Positions 41,022-52,436 of a stretch of DNA of 64,000 nt are shown here, piece after piece. Source of the DNA: Nitrosopumilus sp. GTDB lineage: Archaea > Thermoproteota > Nitrososphaeria > Nitrososphaerales > Nitrosopumilaceae. The DNA lies in assembly GCA_965203315.1 (NCBI GenBank), contig OZ241857.1, positions 1,632,001-1,696,000 on the forward strand, given 5' to 3'. Both the position numbers and the translations under genes were made by a program. The notes below the pieces were generated by a model. It did no database searches. It saw only the letters and a program-made list of their open reading frames with translations, and had not been told where the DNA came from. How positions within the stretch are numbered: position 1 is the first letter of the stretch; each line of letters starts with the position of its first letter.

Positions 41022-44000
41022 TTACTGAAATTTGGTCAGCTTGCCACTCTCTTCTGGTTGTGTAATGAACATGGCTCCGATCAACTTTAGTTCTGCTCGT
41101 TGTATGTCTTCTTTGATCTTGATCGGTTCTGTCTTTTCTTGTAGTCCGATAAACTCACTCATCTTTTTGATACTGGATACTAGGCTATCAATATCTTGCG
41201 TTCTGTCATAATCTAGTAGATACTCTCTGATATCGTCTTGCCATGCTCTAACATACTCTGATTTTATGATGTTTGTGACCTCTCGACCATCATCTTTTGT
41301 TATGTGGCCATTGATTGTAGCATCTATTATGATCTTTTTTATCTTTGAGACATCCTTGTCGTACTGTTGTCTCTTTTTGCCCACGCTCTCCTTTACATAC
41401 TGGATAATCTGATCATTCTTTCTATCTATTGCATCTCTTGCTTTTCTGTCGATATCTAGCAACATCTCGAATGACTCTTGATTATTGGGTCCATCCATTG
41501 GAAGATACGTTGGAGTATCTACATTACAAGATATCATGTTTATGGCTTCAAAGTCATCATCAGGTACATATGCCTTGTCTCTCGTACGATCATACACAAC
41601 AAAGTAGACTCGTCTCTCTGGTCTCTCTTGCAGATATCCGAGTATTGCATATCGACCTCTCTCTTGTTTACCACTACGCCTACCCATGGGTACCTCTTCC
41701 ATCTTGTCTATTCCTTTTTCCTTTATGTATCGACTAAGCTCGTTTATCGGTGACACTGCAGGCATTATGTCAGATTCGCGTTCCATGTCTTCGATTACCT
41801 TTGATGTGCCCTCTTTACCTGCAAGAATCTTGATCCTCTCTTTTATGGTCCCATTGAATTGTTTTGGTGTAGGCGTTGTTCCCAATACTTCAGAGTCTAG
41901 ACCCACCGTTTCGTTTACAGTTCCAATCTTCTCTATCAACTTTCCCATGATCTTTAAAATATTGTCTAGCTCTTTGTCTGGATAGCAGGCTCTTGTGTGT
42001 ATTGTATCGTATTCGCTGGTGAGTCTATCTACTCTACCTGTACGTTGAACTATTCTCATTGGATTCCACGGTAAATCATAGTTTATCACATAGTTACAAT
42101 CTTGGAGATTCTGTCCTTCAGACAAGACCTCTGTTGATACTAGGATATCGATCTCTTTTTCATCTAATATTTGATCCTCTAGTAGATTTGCTTTTGGAGC
42201 AAACATTCGTATGTATTTTTTTCTGACTTCTTGTTTTGTACTTCCAGTTATACATTCTATTTTATAATTCACAAATTTGTCTTGTAGTTCTTTTGTAATG
42301 TATTTCGCTGTAGTAACATATTCTGTAAATATCAGTACCTTTCTACTCTCTGTCTCTAGTGCTTTCTCTCGAAGTATTCTTTTTATGACCTCTTCGATCT
42401 TTGTATCTACTGTAATACGCTTTACACTATCTAGTAACTCTTCTAGTATTACGAGATCTTGATCAATATCTGACTTTAGTCTCTCGATATCATATGATTT
42501 GTGTATATTTTCCTTCTCTATCTTGTTTATCTCTTGTATAAAGAATTGGGTCTTTTCTTGATCGTCTGGATCAATATCAGTATCACCTTGTTCAATATCA
42601 TTCCATTTTGTTATTATCCTGTTAAAGTCTCGAACTCGTAGTATCTTTCCTTCGTCTAGTATATCTTTGACTTGCTTGTACAACATGACCTTGTTCTCTA
42701 TGCTTGTTTTACACGCAACTACACTACTCTCAAATCGTTTCAAAAGTAGTATCACTTGGAGATGAGCTACTATGCGATGTCTATTTTTTTCATCTTCTGA
42801 TAGATTTGTATTGTATCGTTCTATTCCGTATGGCGCCATCGTTAATTTTCCGATCTTGTCTAGAATCTCTTCAAAGACGTTTCCATATAGCTCACTCAAG
42901 CTGTACTCTATTGCAGCATAGCTGTGTTTTGGAAACTTTATCTCTCTGCCGTTTATTGTATCATCTTGATATACATCTTTGATGTATGATCTAGTTCGTC
43001 GTACCATTACTGTATCTAAGAGCTGTTGAATCTTTGTCAGTCCTTGAGTCAGACCCTCTTTGTTTGCAGCATCGCGCATGTGTTTGTACAGATCTGGAAT
43101 GCCAATCGTCTTGTAAAAGTAAGTGTCTTCTCCTCCAGTGATGATTGAGAGTTGATAGTATAGGTCCATGAGTGAGTTGTTTATTGGCGTAGCTGAGAGT
43201 AGTACTGCTTGTTTCTTCTTTCCTACTGACATTAATTTCATGAGATTCTTTCTACGGTTTGCCGTCTTTGATCTAAAGTTTTGACTTTCGTCTATTAGTA
43301 CTAGATCTATGTTTCTATACTTGACGAGATCATCTAGTATGATATCTCGTCCAAGTGACTCCATTGTCAGTTTCTCTCTGATATTGATATCTACCTCTTT
43401 TAGTTTCTCTTCCCACATGCTGTGTAATACTTGTGCTGGGGCTATCAGTAAGACCTTTTTGCCTTCTTTGAGTACCTTTTGTCGTAGTATCTCAATGCCG
43501 ATATTTGTTTTGCCAAGACCTGTCGCATCTGCAATTATTGTACCGCCATGATCTGCTACTATGAATAGTCCGGTTCTTACTGCATCTTGCTGAAACTTTG
43601 TAAGTGTCTTGCTAGAAATATCTCTCTCGTCTACCTTTGTTAATAGTGGTTTGAATCTCTCAAATAATAGTTTCATGTATACTTGATGTGGATTTGGCGG
43701 TACTCCAAACTTTGATTCTTTGAGTACACTGATGAGATCTTGTTTGGTATCTTTGGATTGATCCCACATTCGATCAAACCACTCTCTTGTAGTCTTGCTG
43801 ATTCCTGGTTGATACAGTCCTGCATTCAGTTCATAGTTTCCTACCATTCCTGCTGCTGTAAAGTTGCTTGAGCCAACAAAGACTGCATTGTCTCCTAGAA
43901 TGTAGCACTTGGAGTGATTGAACCTTCTCGTACCTTGTCTGACTTGGACGTTCTGCCTCTCTAAGAGTTTGATGAGGCTAGATATATCATTCATGGACTT

Positions 44001-44306
44001 TTGATCTAGATCGGTATCTTCTAGACTTGCCTTGAGAGATATCGATTCCTTGTATTGTTTAGCATATTCTTCAAATGTCTTCTCTGACGGTACGATCGCC
44101 TCCTTACCTAGTAATAGTCGTATCTCGAATGAATCTCTCTCTATTGCAGATTCAAGATTCTCTCGTAGCATTCCATATCCCTGTACGTTGAAATAACCTG
44201 TAGAGATGTCTAGATATCCAGCACTTGGGATCTCTGAGTTGAGAATCATTTGCATTGTATGTGGTTCTGTGTTGTCGATGATATCTCGCTTGATGCGTTC
44301 AGTCAT
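41022..44306 (-). CDS. PLD-nuclease/SNF2-type helicase fusion associated with the R-M methyltransferase
   Basis: HSKCYI...GSSNFT...NYELN PLD motif; ADATGLGKT, LIDESQ, SATPINN, SEGQNLQ, QRTGRVDR. ATG overlaps the upstream TGA. Confidence 0.9.
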   Translation of the reverse strand: MTERIKRDIIDNTEPHTMQMILNSEIPSAGYLDISTGYFNVQGYGMLRENLESAIERDSFEIRLLLGKEAIVPSEKTFEEYAKQYKESISLKASLEDTDLDQKSMNDISSLIKLLERQNVQVRQGTRRFNHSKCYILGDNAVFVGSSNFTAAGMVGNYELNAGLYQPGISKTTREWFDRMWDQSKDTKQDLISVLKESKFGVPPNPHQVYMKLLFERFKPLLTKVDERDISSKTLTKFQQDAVRTGLFIVADHGGTIIADATGLGKTNIGIEILRQKVLKEGKKVLLIAPAQVLHSMWEEKLKEVDINIREKLTMESLGRDIILDDLVKYRNIDLVLIDESQNFRSKTANRRKNLMKLMSVGKKKQAVLLSATPINNSLMDLYYQLSIITGGEDTYFYKTIGIPDLYKHMRDAANKEGLTQGLTKIQQLLDTVMVRRTRSYIKDVYQDDTINGREIKFPKHSYAAIEYSLSELYGNVFEEILDKIGKLTMAPYGIERYNTNLSEDEKNRHRIVAHLQVILLLKRFESSVVACKTSIENKVMLYKQVKDILDEGKILRVRDFNRIITKWNDIEQGDTDIDPDDQEKTQFFIQEINKIEKENIHKSYDIERLKSDIDQDLVILEELLDSVKRITVDTKIEEVIKRILREKALETESRKVLIFTEYVTTAKYITKELQDKFVNYKIECITGSTKQEVRKKYIRMFAPKANLLEDQILDEKEIDILVSTEVLSEGQNLQDCNYVINYDLPWNPMRIVQRTGRVDRLTSEYDTIHTRACYPDKELDNILKIMGKLIEKIGTVNETVGLDSEVLGTTPTPKQFNGTIKERIKILAGKEGTSKVIEDMERESDIMPAVSPINELSRYIKEKGIDKMEEVPMGRRSGKQERGRYAILGYLQERPERRVYFVVYDRTRDKAYVPDDDFEAINMISCNVDTPTYLPMDGPNNQESFEMLLDIDRKARDAIDRKNDQIIQYVKESVGKKRQQYDKDVSKIKKIIIDATINGHITKDDGREVTNIIKSEYVRAWQDDIREYLLDYDRTQDIDSLVSSIKKMSEFIGLQEKTEPIKIKEDIQRAELKLIGAMFITQPEESGKLTKFQ

Positions 44307-47300
44307 TGTGATATCGCCTCATAATATTCTAGTGCAAGTGCAGCCATCTCACCATAGAACTCTTTAATGTTCTTGTTATCCCAAACAATATCTTGCATCT
44401 CGTACAGCTGTTGGTTTCTCTTGAATAGTGGAAATGTATCGATTATTGTCTTGTACTCCTGTACAGTTAAACAGTACGAGTGTGCAACTAGAGCATCTAG
44501 TTCAGCAGTGACCTCGATCTTTTCTGCTGGTGTTAGTTTCTTGTTTTCTATGTGAAATATCTCAGCAAACTCCTCAAACTCTGGTGTGCCAACTAGAAGT
44601 TTTGTTGCAAGTTCAGCAATTTGTCTATCATGAACTGATTTTGGTAAAGGTAATGTTGATACAATGCTAGCTAGATTTGTCTGGTTTTTTGAACGAGATA
44701 TAAAATCAAATGTTAATGAATTCAACACTCCACACAAATATGAAATTTTTCTATGATATTCTGAATCTAAAATAATCTTTTCGTATTTTTTTAGAATAAC
44801 AGAACGTAAAGAATTTGAATGAAATGTATTCTGAGATATAATGGTAGATATGCATGTACGCATATTTGTGGGACTTGTAATGTTGCGAAAAATTAGTCTG
44901 TACGAGTTATGAATCTCTTTACACTTACCTAAAAATGCTTTTACTCCATTTAGTCTATCTAATCCTTTCTTTTTGTTTGATGCGAATTGTGGCCTAGCCC
45001 ATTCTTGTGTATATTGATGTATGTTTTTACCTTCAAATACTAACCAGCCTTTCCCATCTTCTGACAAGAGATCGGAGTCGTTTGTTTTATGAAATTCACT
45101 TACAAGCTTAACCTGCCATCCGTCTTTTAGATTTGATAATGATAATTTTGTTTGTGATAACTTTTGAAATATATTTGATTGAGTACCTATTATTTCTGGT
45201 ATTGTATATTCTTCTGGAGATGTTTCTATAATTGTTTTCTTAGATAACGTACCGAATTTCTCTTGTTCTCTAGAATGGTCTTCTAGTGAGTCAAGGTAAT
45301 GTATATAAAACCCAGCTGGGAACTGTCCTGTCCTGTCCTGTCCTGTCCTGTCCTGTCCTGTCCTGTCCTGTCCTGTCCTGTCCTGTCCTGTCCTGTCCTG
45401 TCCTGTCCTGTCCTGTCCTGTCCTGTCCTGTCCTGTCCTGTCCTGTCCTGTCCTGTCCTGTCCTGTCCTGTCCTGTCCTGTCCTGTCCTGTCCTGTCCTG
45501 TCCTGTCCTGTCCTGTCCTGTCCTGTCCTGTCCTGTCCTGTCCTGTCCTGTCCTGTCCTGTCCTGTCCTGTCCTGTCCTGTCCTGTCCTGTCCTGTCCTG
45601 TCCTGTCCTGTCCTGTCCTGTCCTGTCCTGTCCTGTCCTGTCCTGTCCTGTCCTGTCCTGTATAGTTAATAACAAAAATCGATAACTTGAATGAATATTG
45701 AATATCTTTTTTCTATTTTCAAATACATACATTGAGATGATATCTCTTTCAAGTATGTACTTACGAAGATTTATGCCACCTGGGATGGTAAGGAGTTGTG
45801 CCGGAATTAATATTGAAACGATACCATTTTCTGTAGTGAGATATAACGTCCGTTCTAGTATGAGTTTCCATAAATCATTATCCCCTGTTCCTTGTAGTGA
45901 AAATATGTTATAAAACAATGATTTTTCTCTTATTTGTTTTTCATACAAGTCCCACAATCTTTTAATATTATGTTCTTTGAGAAGATCTTTTTTTCTCTCT
46001 TTCTTTTTGACATTCGGTTTTAGATCCTTAAATGTGGGATCAATTGGAGTAAAAAACTCGTCATCGCTAGGCTTTACTTTCTCCCAGGGGGGGTTGCCAA
46101 CTATGCAATCAAAGCCTCGTCTAGAGTCAGTAAATGCGTCATTGAACTCGAGCTCCCAATGAAAGAATCTGTGGCGCTCTGCTAGATCATTTACAATTTT
46201 TTGGGCCTTTGCAATATCATTTGACTTGTCATATATGCCAAACCGATGAATAAACTCTGACTTTGCTTTCTTTGGCAGAATCTTTGGTTCAATCTTTGAT
46301 GCGGTTAATGCATCTAGGACATTTCTGTTTGGTTCTATTGATTTGATGTATTCGTTATACTTGTCCTCACTCTCATGAACTTGCTGTATTGTCACATCTG
46401 AACTTGAGACAATATCGTGCATCATCTTTGTCGACTCATTGCTAAGAGTATAGTCATCTAGAGACGTATTCTGCTTATCATCCAGATCATCAAGAAACAT
46501 TCCTATCGTAGAGTCGCCTACTTTGAGATGATGATCCATATACGTCAGCGGAACACCAATTGCAAAGGAATCTAACCACAATGACAGCTTGGCTAGATCT
46601 ACTGCCATTGGATTTATGTCGACTCCAAATATGCACCGTTTCATTATTTTACGTTTGAGCAGTACATCTGGAGTTAGCAGATTCTCATCAATTGTAACTC
46701 CTTTCTTGTTCTGCTCTTCTAGTACTCTCTTTCTATCCCGTTCTATCTCATCTAGTAGAGGATGATCTGGATGTTTTTCTAACGTATCTGTGACCCATGA
46801 TGTGATTCTGTTTAATGCTTCAACTAGAAAGTGACCACTGCCCATTGCTGGGTCTAGTACCTGAATATCTAACAGTCTGTCCATACATATCTGTAGATTT
46901 TTTGCAGTCTTGTTCTTCTTGTATTGTTTGATATCTTTGTCAATCAACTCTTCACGTTCTGCAAAGATTGGACCCAGTCCCTGTTTTACCAAAAATTTTA
47001 CAATCTTTTCTGGTGTGTAATAACTTGCAGATGTCTTGCGTGATACAATTCCACTCTTTGATGCAAGATAGAGATCATTCTTTTTGTACGAATAGGTGGA
47101 CTCTTGCTTTGTCTTGACCTGTCGAACTCCTTTACTGTCTTCAAGTAATGCAATATCCTCTTTTGCTTGTTTTGGCTCGTACTCTAATAGTCGCTCAAAT
47201 ACACTGCCCAAATGCCTGACCGTTAAACCGGTATAGTCTAATGTCTCGCCATCTCGTTCTAATAGTCCACGTAGTGCACTCGCAATGAATCGATTTTGAA

Positions 47301-48594
47301 TGTGTAGTTCATCTCCAGCCTTACCTATCTTGAATAGATCCCCGTTATACTGTGGCAGATTGTGTTTTGGACTGCCCTTTCTAACTGCTGTAAATAATTC
47401 TAGTAACGCATCCCAACAATCTGTACCTTTTGGATTCTGTTCATACGAATCCAAGTGATTACGAATAGATTGTAGTGATATGGGCTTGTACTTTTCGTCC
47501 CTTGTAGGCAAAAGATTTTTGGCTTCAGCATATGCCAAAAACCAAACTCTATACATGATTCTCAGTGCAGACTGTTTTGCAACCGCTAGCTCGTCTGATC
47601 TGAATGTCTTTTTACCGTCATGATCCAGTACTCCTTTAATGATATCCAAGAATAGTCCTTTTGGACTCATTATCTTCTCTGCAAGATTCTCCTCCAGATC
47701 TCTCGAATGCTCTTTACTCTCCTCAAAGAATAACTCGATGTCTCTCTTTCCATCTATCTCTTCAAAGGTATTAGCACCAAACATAATTATCAGATATCGA
47801 GTTACTGATTCACGTGCATCATCGAGATTTATCTCAAAATAGTTTGTACTGGTCGCTGATATCTTGCTAGAGTACAAACGCCACCTCTTACCATTTGTTA
47901 GTATAGACCACTCTTTCTCAGAGAGAGACGAGACAGCTGTATAACTTGGTGTCACCTCATTGTCAGTCTTTCTTATGTTAAAGTCCTCTTGATCTGTTAT
48001 GGTTATTGCCACTTTGTCGTATGACTCTTTTGTCATATCCCAACCAAGTGCTTCTAGTATCTCTCTAACACTTGATCCAATCTTTTGTTTAACTTTGGGT
48101 AAGATATCATCTACATCTTGTCGTGTATCTTGAAAGATTCTGCTACGAAGATAATGTGTTGCAAATAGTCCGCGATTATCAAAGTCTCCAGTAGTATTTG
48201 GGATTGCATTAATTGATTGCTTTATTCCTATCTTTAGATCAAACTCGTCTGCAGCATCTGTAATTCCGTTGGATTTTAGTACACTTGCAATTCGTTCATA
48301 CTCGAATCTATTTTCTAATCTAGTTATGTGACTCTCTCCAGAAGACTTGAGAAACAGTGCTCCGAGTTCTTGTACAATTACTATACAGTCCTCAAAGTTA
48401 ATCAGTGCTTTCTTTACTTCTGATATCTTTTTTGGTCCATTATTGATCAGTATGATTGGAATCTCTTTGGTAGGATTGTCGTGATTCAAACTATAACACA
48501 ACCAGTCTTCTGCCAGTGGAATCTCTCGTTTTGCTATCAGATCTACTCCTATGGACTCTAGTAGAATCTGTTGTTCTGTATTCATAACGATCAC
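44303..48594 (-). CDS. Type IIG-like N6-adenine methyltransferase/R-M protein, frameshifted by an SSR (OFF state as assembled)
   Basis: YYTP, LDPAMGSGHFL and VGNPPW in ORF 45283-48594. Past the repeat, the -1 frame is open from 45325 (QFPAGFYIHYLDSL...) into ORF 44303-45067 (TRD: FEGKNIHQY, YLCGVLNS, ELDALVAHSY). Confidence 0.88.
45323..45661. repeat. Perfect pentanucleotide microsatellite (CTGTC)n, about 67.8 units
   Basis: 339 bp uninterrupted; encodes (QDRTG)n on the minus strand inside the methyltransferase gene. Confidence 0.97.
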
Positions 48595-48711
48595 TTGTGT
48601 CTCCTAATCGATCCTCTCATATCTAATCTATTCATCATCTGGAATTACCACTTCTTGAAATTCATCACTTAGAATACTAAACAATCCAAGTCTTATAAGC
48701 ATCTGATCTCC

Positions 48712-49275
48712 TCAATACCATCCTGAGTATATCTCTCGCGTCCCTGTGATACTGCGTTGGCGAGGCTTTTTAAGTATGAACTCTCTTATTTTTAGATCCA
48801 TCTCTTTCGTGTTTCTAACATCCGAAATAGTTACTAGATTATTTGCTGACTCTATATTCTCTGATATCAAACGCTTAGTCTTTCTATGCAAGTTCATGCC
48901 CATATCCCTAATGTAGACTTCTAAATAGGCATCTGAAATACCATCTCTAACTGCAAAAGACTCATGTTCTTTTACCCACAAAAAATATCTCTGCGTTAGC
49001 AATGGTACCATCTCTATCTCTGGTTCTATACGCATATCTCGTGCCATCATGGCTATTCTCTCGATAAACGAGCCATGAAATTCATATAGCAGTCCTTCAT
49101 TCTCCCAGAATCTTACTGTATATCTTAGTCTATCTTCAGTTGCGTTGGCGTATCGGCGATCTACATACCTGCTCAATCTTTTAGCTATATCTTTGGACTT
49201 TTCTTTACGCAATTTAACATAACTGCAAACTTCAGCTCCTTCATGCTTGCATGACTTCATACTCGTTTTAATCAT
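48712..49275 (-). CDS. Hypothetical protein
   Basis: 187-aa ORF upstream of the R-M operon; no recognisable motif. Confidence 0.55.
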   Translation of the reverse strand: MIKTSMKSCKHEGAEVCSYVKLRKEKSKDIAKRLSRYVDRRYANATEDRLRYTVRFWENEGLLYEFHGSFIERIAMMARDMRIEPEIEMVPLLTQRYFLWVKEHESFAVRDGISDAYLEVYIRDMGMNLHRKTKRLISENIESANNLVTISDVRNTKEMDLKIREFILKKPRQRSITGTREIYSGWY

Positions 49276-49434
49276 GGGTGCTTATTTATTAATATTCAAG
49301 AGATTTAGGTTTCCATAAATGGGGTGATATCTTGTATACTTGCCCAGATTTTATGGGATTACATTATGTCAAATCAAGATAACAAACACACTCAAAACTA
49401 TATTACAACGAGTCTGATATGATCTGCTAAAGAT

Positions 49435-50193
49435 ATGAGTGATGTACAACGACTATTGGCAGAAATTCAAACTGCAATAAGAGACACTGTACATACAAGA
49501 AAGATTGGAATTGCATTTTCTGGTGGTGTAGACAGTACATTATTGGCCAAGCTATGTGATGCAAACTATGATCCAACTTTACTGACCATAGGATTTGCAG
49601 AGTCTCATGATATGTTATTTGCAGCTCAGGTCGGCAAACTCTTAGAACTATCACATCATACACTAGAGATCGATCCTGATACATTTGGCAACATAGCATC
49701 TCACGTGTGTAAAAGAATACCACAGGATAATATTTCTTGGCAAGAGAACGGTATTGCATTTTATTATGTCTCAAAACTAGCAGCAAGTTTGGATCTTGAC
49801 GTGGTAATTACCGCAAACGGAATAGATGAACTCTTTTGTGGGTATAATGCTTATCTCCAAGCTTTTGATCTAGGCGAAGCTGCGATTCTAGAGATGATGG
49901 ATAATAAATTAACAAACGAGGTTGATATGATGAAGGCTATAGATACAGTTACATCAGAGTTTGGCGTCAAGCTGATACAACCACTACTTGGAGATCGATT
50001 TATAGAATTTGCAAAGACTCTTCCGATATACGACAAGATACAGAGCTCAGATGATCTATACAGGAAACATATTATTCGTAGATTGGCAAAAGAGGTAGGC
50101 GTTCCTGCCATGTCTTATACAAAGCGAAAGAAGGCATTACAATATGGAACAAAGATACACAAGAATCTATTAAAGTTTAAGAAAGCCTCTTGA
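49435..50193 (+). CDS. Asparagine synthase C-terminal-domain (N-type ATP pyrophosphatase) protein
   Basis: IAFSGGVDS, NGIDELFCGY, RKHIIR, KRKKALQYGT. Confidence 0.85.
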   Translation: MSDVQRLLAEIQTAIRDTVHTRKIGIAFSGGVDSTLLAKLCDANYDPTLLTIGFAESHDMLFAAQVGKLLELSHHTLEIDPDTFGNIASHVCKRIPQDNISWQENGIAFYYVSKLAASLDLDVVITANGIDELFCGYNAYLQAFDLGEAAILEMMDNKLTNEVDMMKAIDTVTSEFGVKLIQPLLGDRFIEFAKTLPIYDKIQSSDDLYRKHIIRRLAKEVGVPAMSYTKRKKALQYGTKIHKNLLKFKKAS

Positions 50194-51556
50194 CTGTTCG
50201 TTTGACTCTCTTGTTTACATTTTGAATTATCTTCAATGATGCACCGAGGTGACTATCTGGTACAAATATGTCGTCTATCTCTTTATGATCAAGATATGAT
50301 GCTATCACACTATCACTCTTTATCGCATCTCTGTATTGTGTATTGTTCTTTATGGCATCAAATGCGACTCGTTGTACATCACGATATGCTACAAATCTGG
50401 CAACCCCTTTCTTGATTAGTGCCTCTAGTACAAACTCTGCATATATCTGACCGCCGGTTATGTCTAAATTTGCGCGTATTCTTGATTCATTTACTATGAG
50501 ATTTGAGACTACCCTGATCATCGTCTCCAACATATCGTCTGTTAGGATAGATACGGTTGGAATGATGAATCTCTCGTTTGCAGAGTTTGAGAGATCTCGT
50601 TCATGCCATAGTGGAATATTCTCAAATGCGACTCCGACATAACTGCGTAATATCTTTGATAGTGATGACACTCGTTCACTCTTGATGGGGTTTCGTTTTA
50701 CAGGTACAGCGCTACTCCCCATCTGACCTTTTTTAAACTGCTCAGTCACTTCTCCTATCTCTGTACGCTGTAGATTTCTAATCTCTATTGCAATCTTTTC
50801 AAGTGTTGAGCCAATTAGCGCCATCTCGAATACAAACTCGGCATATCTCTCTCGAGGAACCAACTGGGTTGCAACTTCGGCCGGATATAGATTCAATTGA
50901 TCAGCAACTCTCTGTTGTACATCGAGTGCTTTTGCGCCCATCAATGATCCAGTTCCTACAACACCTAGTGTCTTGCATATGAGAATACGTTTTTCGATCT
51001 CTTCTATGCGTTCTAGATGACTCGTCATCTCTGCTGCCCAGTTTGCAAACTTTAAACCAAATGATATGATACTTGCATGTTGTCCGTGTGTTCTACCTAC
51101 TGCTGGTAGGCTCTTGTACTGTACTGCCATATCTGCAAGTGTGGTTGCAATCTTTATGATCTTTGGTCGTATTACCTCTAGAGCGTCTCGCATCTGTAGC
51201 GAGTTACTCGTATCTACTAGATCATTACTAGTCAATCCATAATGTATCCATGGTCGTGCGTTCTTGGCACATCTCTCACTCAATGATTCTATTAGAGCTG
51301 CTGTATCGTGGTCACTCTTTGCTTCAAGCTGTTTGATTCGTCTAACTGTTATCTCTTTAGCATTTGCAATTTTATGAATCTCAACTCCCACCCAGTTTGG
51401 AATTATGCCCAACTCACTCTGTGATAGAGCTACTGCACCCTCAATCTCTAACTGATAATCAATCTTTTGCTGTTCGCCAAATATGGCAAGCATCTCTTTT
51501 GTTCCATATCTTCCACTATCTATTGGTAGAATTGCCAACAAATCTACAATATACAC
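50177..51556 (-). CDS. purB: Adenylosuccinate lyase
   Basis: HYGLTSND, GRTHGQHA, GSSAVPVKRNP, HERDLSNSANER. Confidence 0.95.
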   Translation of the reverse strand: MYIVDLLAILPIDSGRYGTKEMLAIFGEQQKIDYQLEIEGAVALSQSELGIIPNWVGVEIHKIANAKEITVRRIKQLEAKSDHDTAALIESLSERCAKNARPWIHYGLTSNDLVDTSNSLQMRDALEVIRPKIIKIATTLADMAVQYKSLPAVGRTHGQHASIISFGLKFANWAAEMTSHLERIEEIEKRILICKTLGVVGTGSLMGAKALDVQQRVADQLNLYPAEVATQLVPRERYAEFVFEMALIGSTLEKIAIEIRNLQRTEIGEVTEQFKKGQMGSSAVPVKRNPIKSERVSSLSKILRSYVGVAFENIPLWHERDLSNSANERFIIPTVSILTDDMLETMIRVVSNLIVNESRIRANLDITGGQIYAEFVLEALIKKGVARFVAYRDVQRVAFDAIKNNTQYRDAIKSDSVIASYLDHKEIDDIFVPDSHLGASLKIIQNVNKRVKRTVKRLS

Positions 51557-51665
51557 ATTTAAAATAAATCTACTGAATTTAGTATCTGGAAAATTCTACG
51601 TACGCGTTACATATTTGTTGTTGATCTGTTTAGGTATGTTTACTGTATACATTACCAGTACCTAC

Positions 51666-51863
51666 TCATCGTCTTGATTTTTTAATGGTCGCAATCTTTT
51701 TCTGAGATCTAGGCTCTTTGGTCTTTACTCTTGATTTGTCTACCTTTCCTTCACGCTTTGTTGTCTTGCCACTACGACGTGCCGCTCGTGAAGTCTTTAT
51801 TCTGATCTCTTCTTGTCTCTTTTGCTCTTCAATCTCTTCATCAGATGCTCTCCTTCGTACCAT
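51666..51863 (-). CDS. Small very basic hypothetical protein
   Basis: 65 aa, Arg/Lys-rich; TATA-like TTTAA about 25 bp upstream. Confidence 0.5.
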   Translation of the reverse strand: MVRRRASDEEIEEQKRQEEIRIKTSRAARRSGKTTKREGKVDKSRVKTKEPRSQKKIATIKKSRR

Positions 51864-52003
51864 ACATCTGATCTAATCATCTTATAGTTAAATATGTCTG
51901 AGATCAAATTCTATTTATATTATAACAACTCGAAATCTAAACGATGTTGTTTGGAGATGCTAGAATCTAATTATCAAATAATGTTTGTTGGTGAGATATA
52001 CAG

Positions 52004-52276
52004 ATGACCTTTACTTCTTCTGAGACCGACGCACTCCGTACTCTAAAAATGCTGTTTGAATTGGTAGATAAAGAAGGACCATTTCTTGAAGAAGAACCTA
52101 GAAACAAATTTGAGCGATTGGTGTCTAGTTTGACTAAAACTCAGAGATTATGGATGGTTCATTATCTAATAGTTACCATCCAAAACTTTCTCGAATATGC
52201 GGACAAGGAAGAGCGTGACATCATATTGGATCAGATATTAGAGTTTCCATTCGAGTTGGAAGATGAAGATAAATAG
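52004..52276 (+). CDS. Hypothetical protein
   Basis: 90-aa acidic ORF with SD-like GGTGAG upstream. Confidence 0.6.
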   Translation: MTFTSSETDALRTLKMLFELVDKEGPFLEEEPRNKFERLVSSLTKTQRLWMVHYLIVTIQNFLEYADKEERDIILDQILEFPFELEDEDK

Positions 52277-52436
52277 GATCACTTGCTATTCGATCAAACA
52301 TGTTCAAAACAATAAACCCTCCATACTATACTAGTCATCTAGATATGATCTGTCATTTAAGGAGATCATACATGATAAACTCTGCCTACGACTCTTCTGA
52401 TACTTTAAATTGGATTGCTAATCCACTCTACCGATA

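Noticed and set aside
43278-43295. DESQ in place of DExH as a sign of an inactive helicase
   Set aside because: DExQ variants are common in SNF2-type ATPases and the other motifs are intact.
45323-45661. Possible CRISPR array
   Set aside because: Pure 5-bp tandem repeat with no spacers; no cas genes in the window.
45286-45685. Plus-strand ORFs encoding (VLSCP)n
   Set aside because: Stop-free shadows of the pentanucleotide repeat, antisense to the methyltransferase gene.
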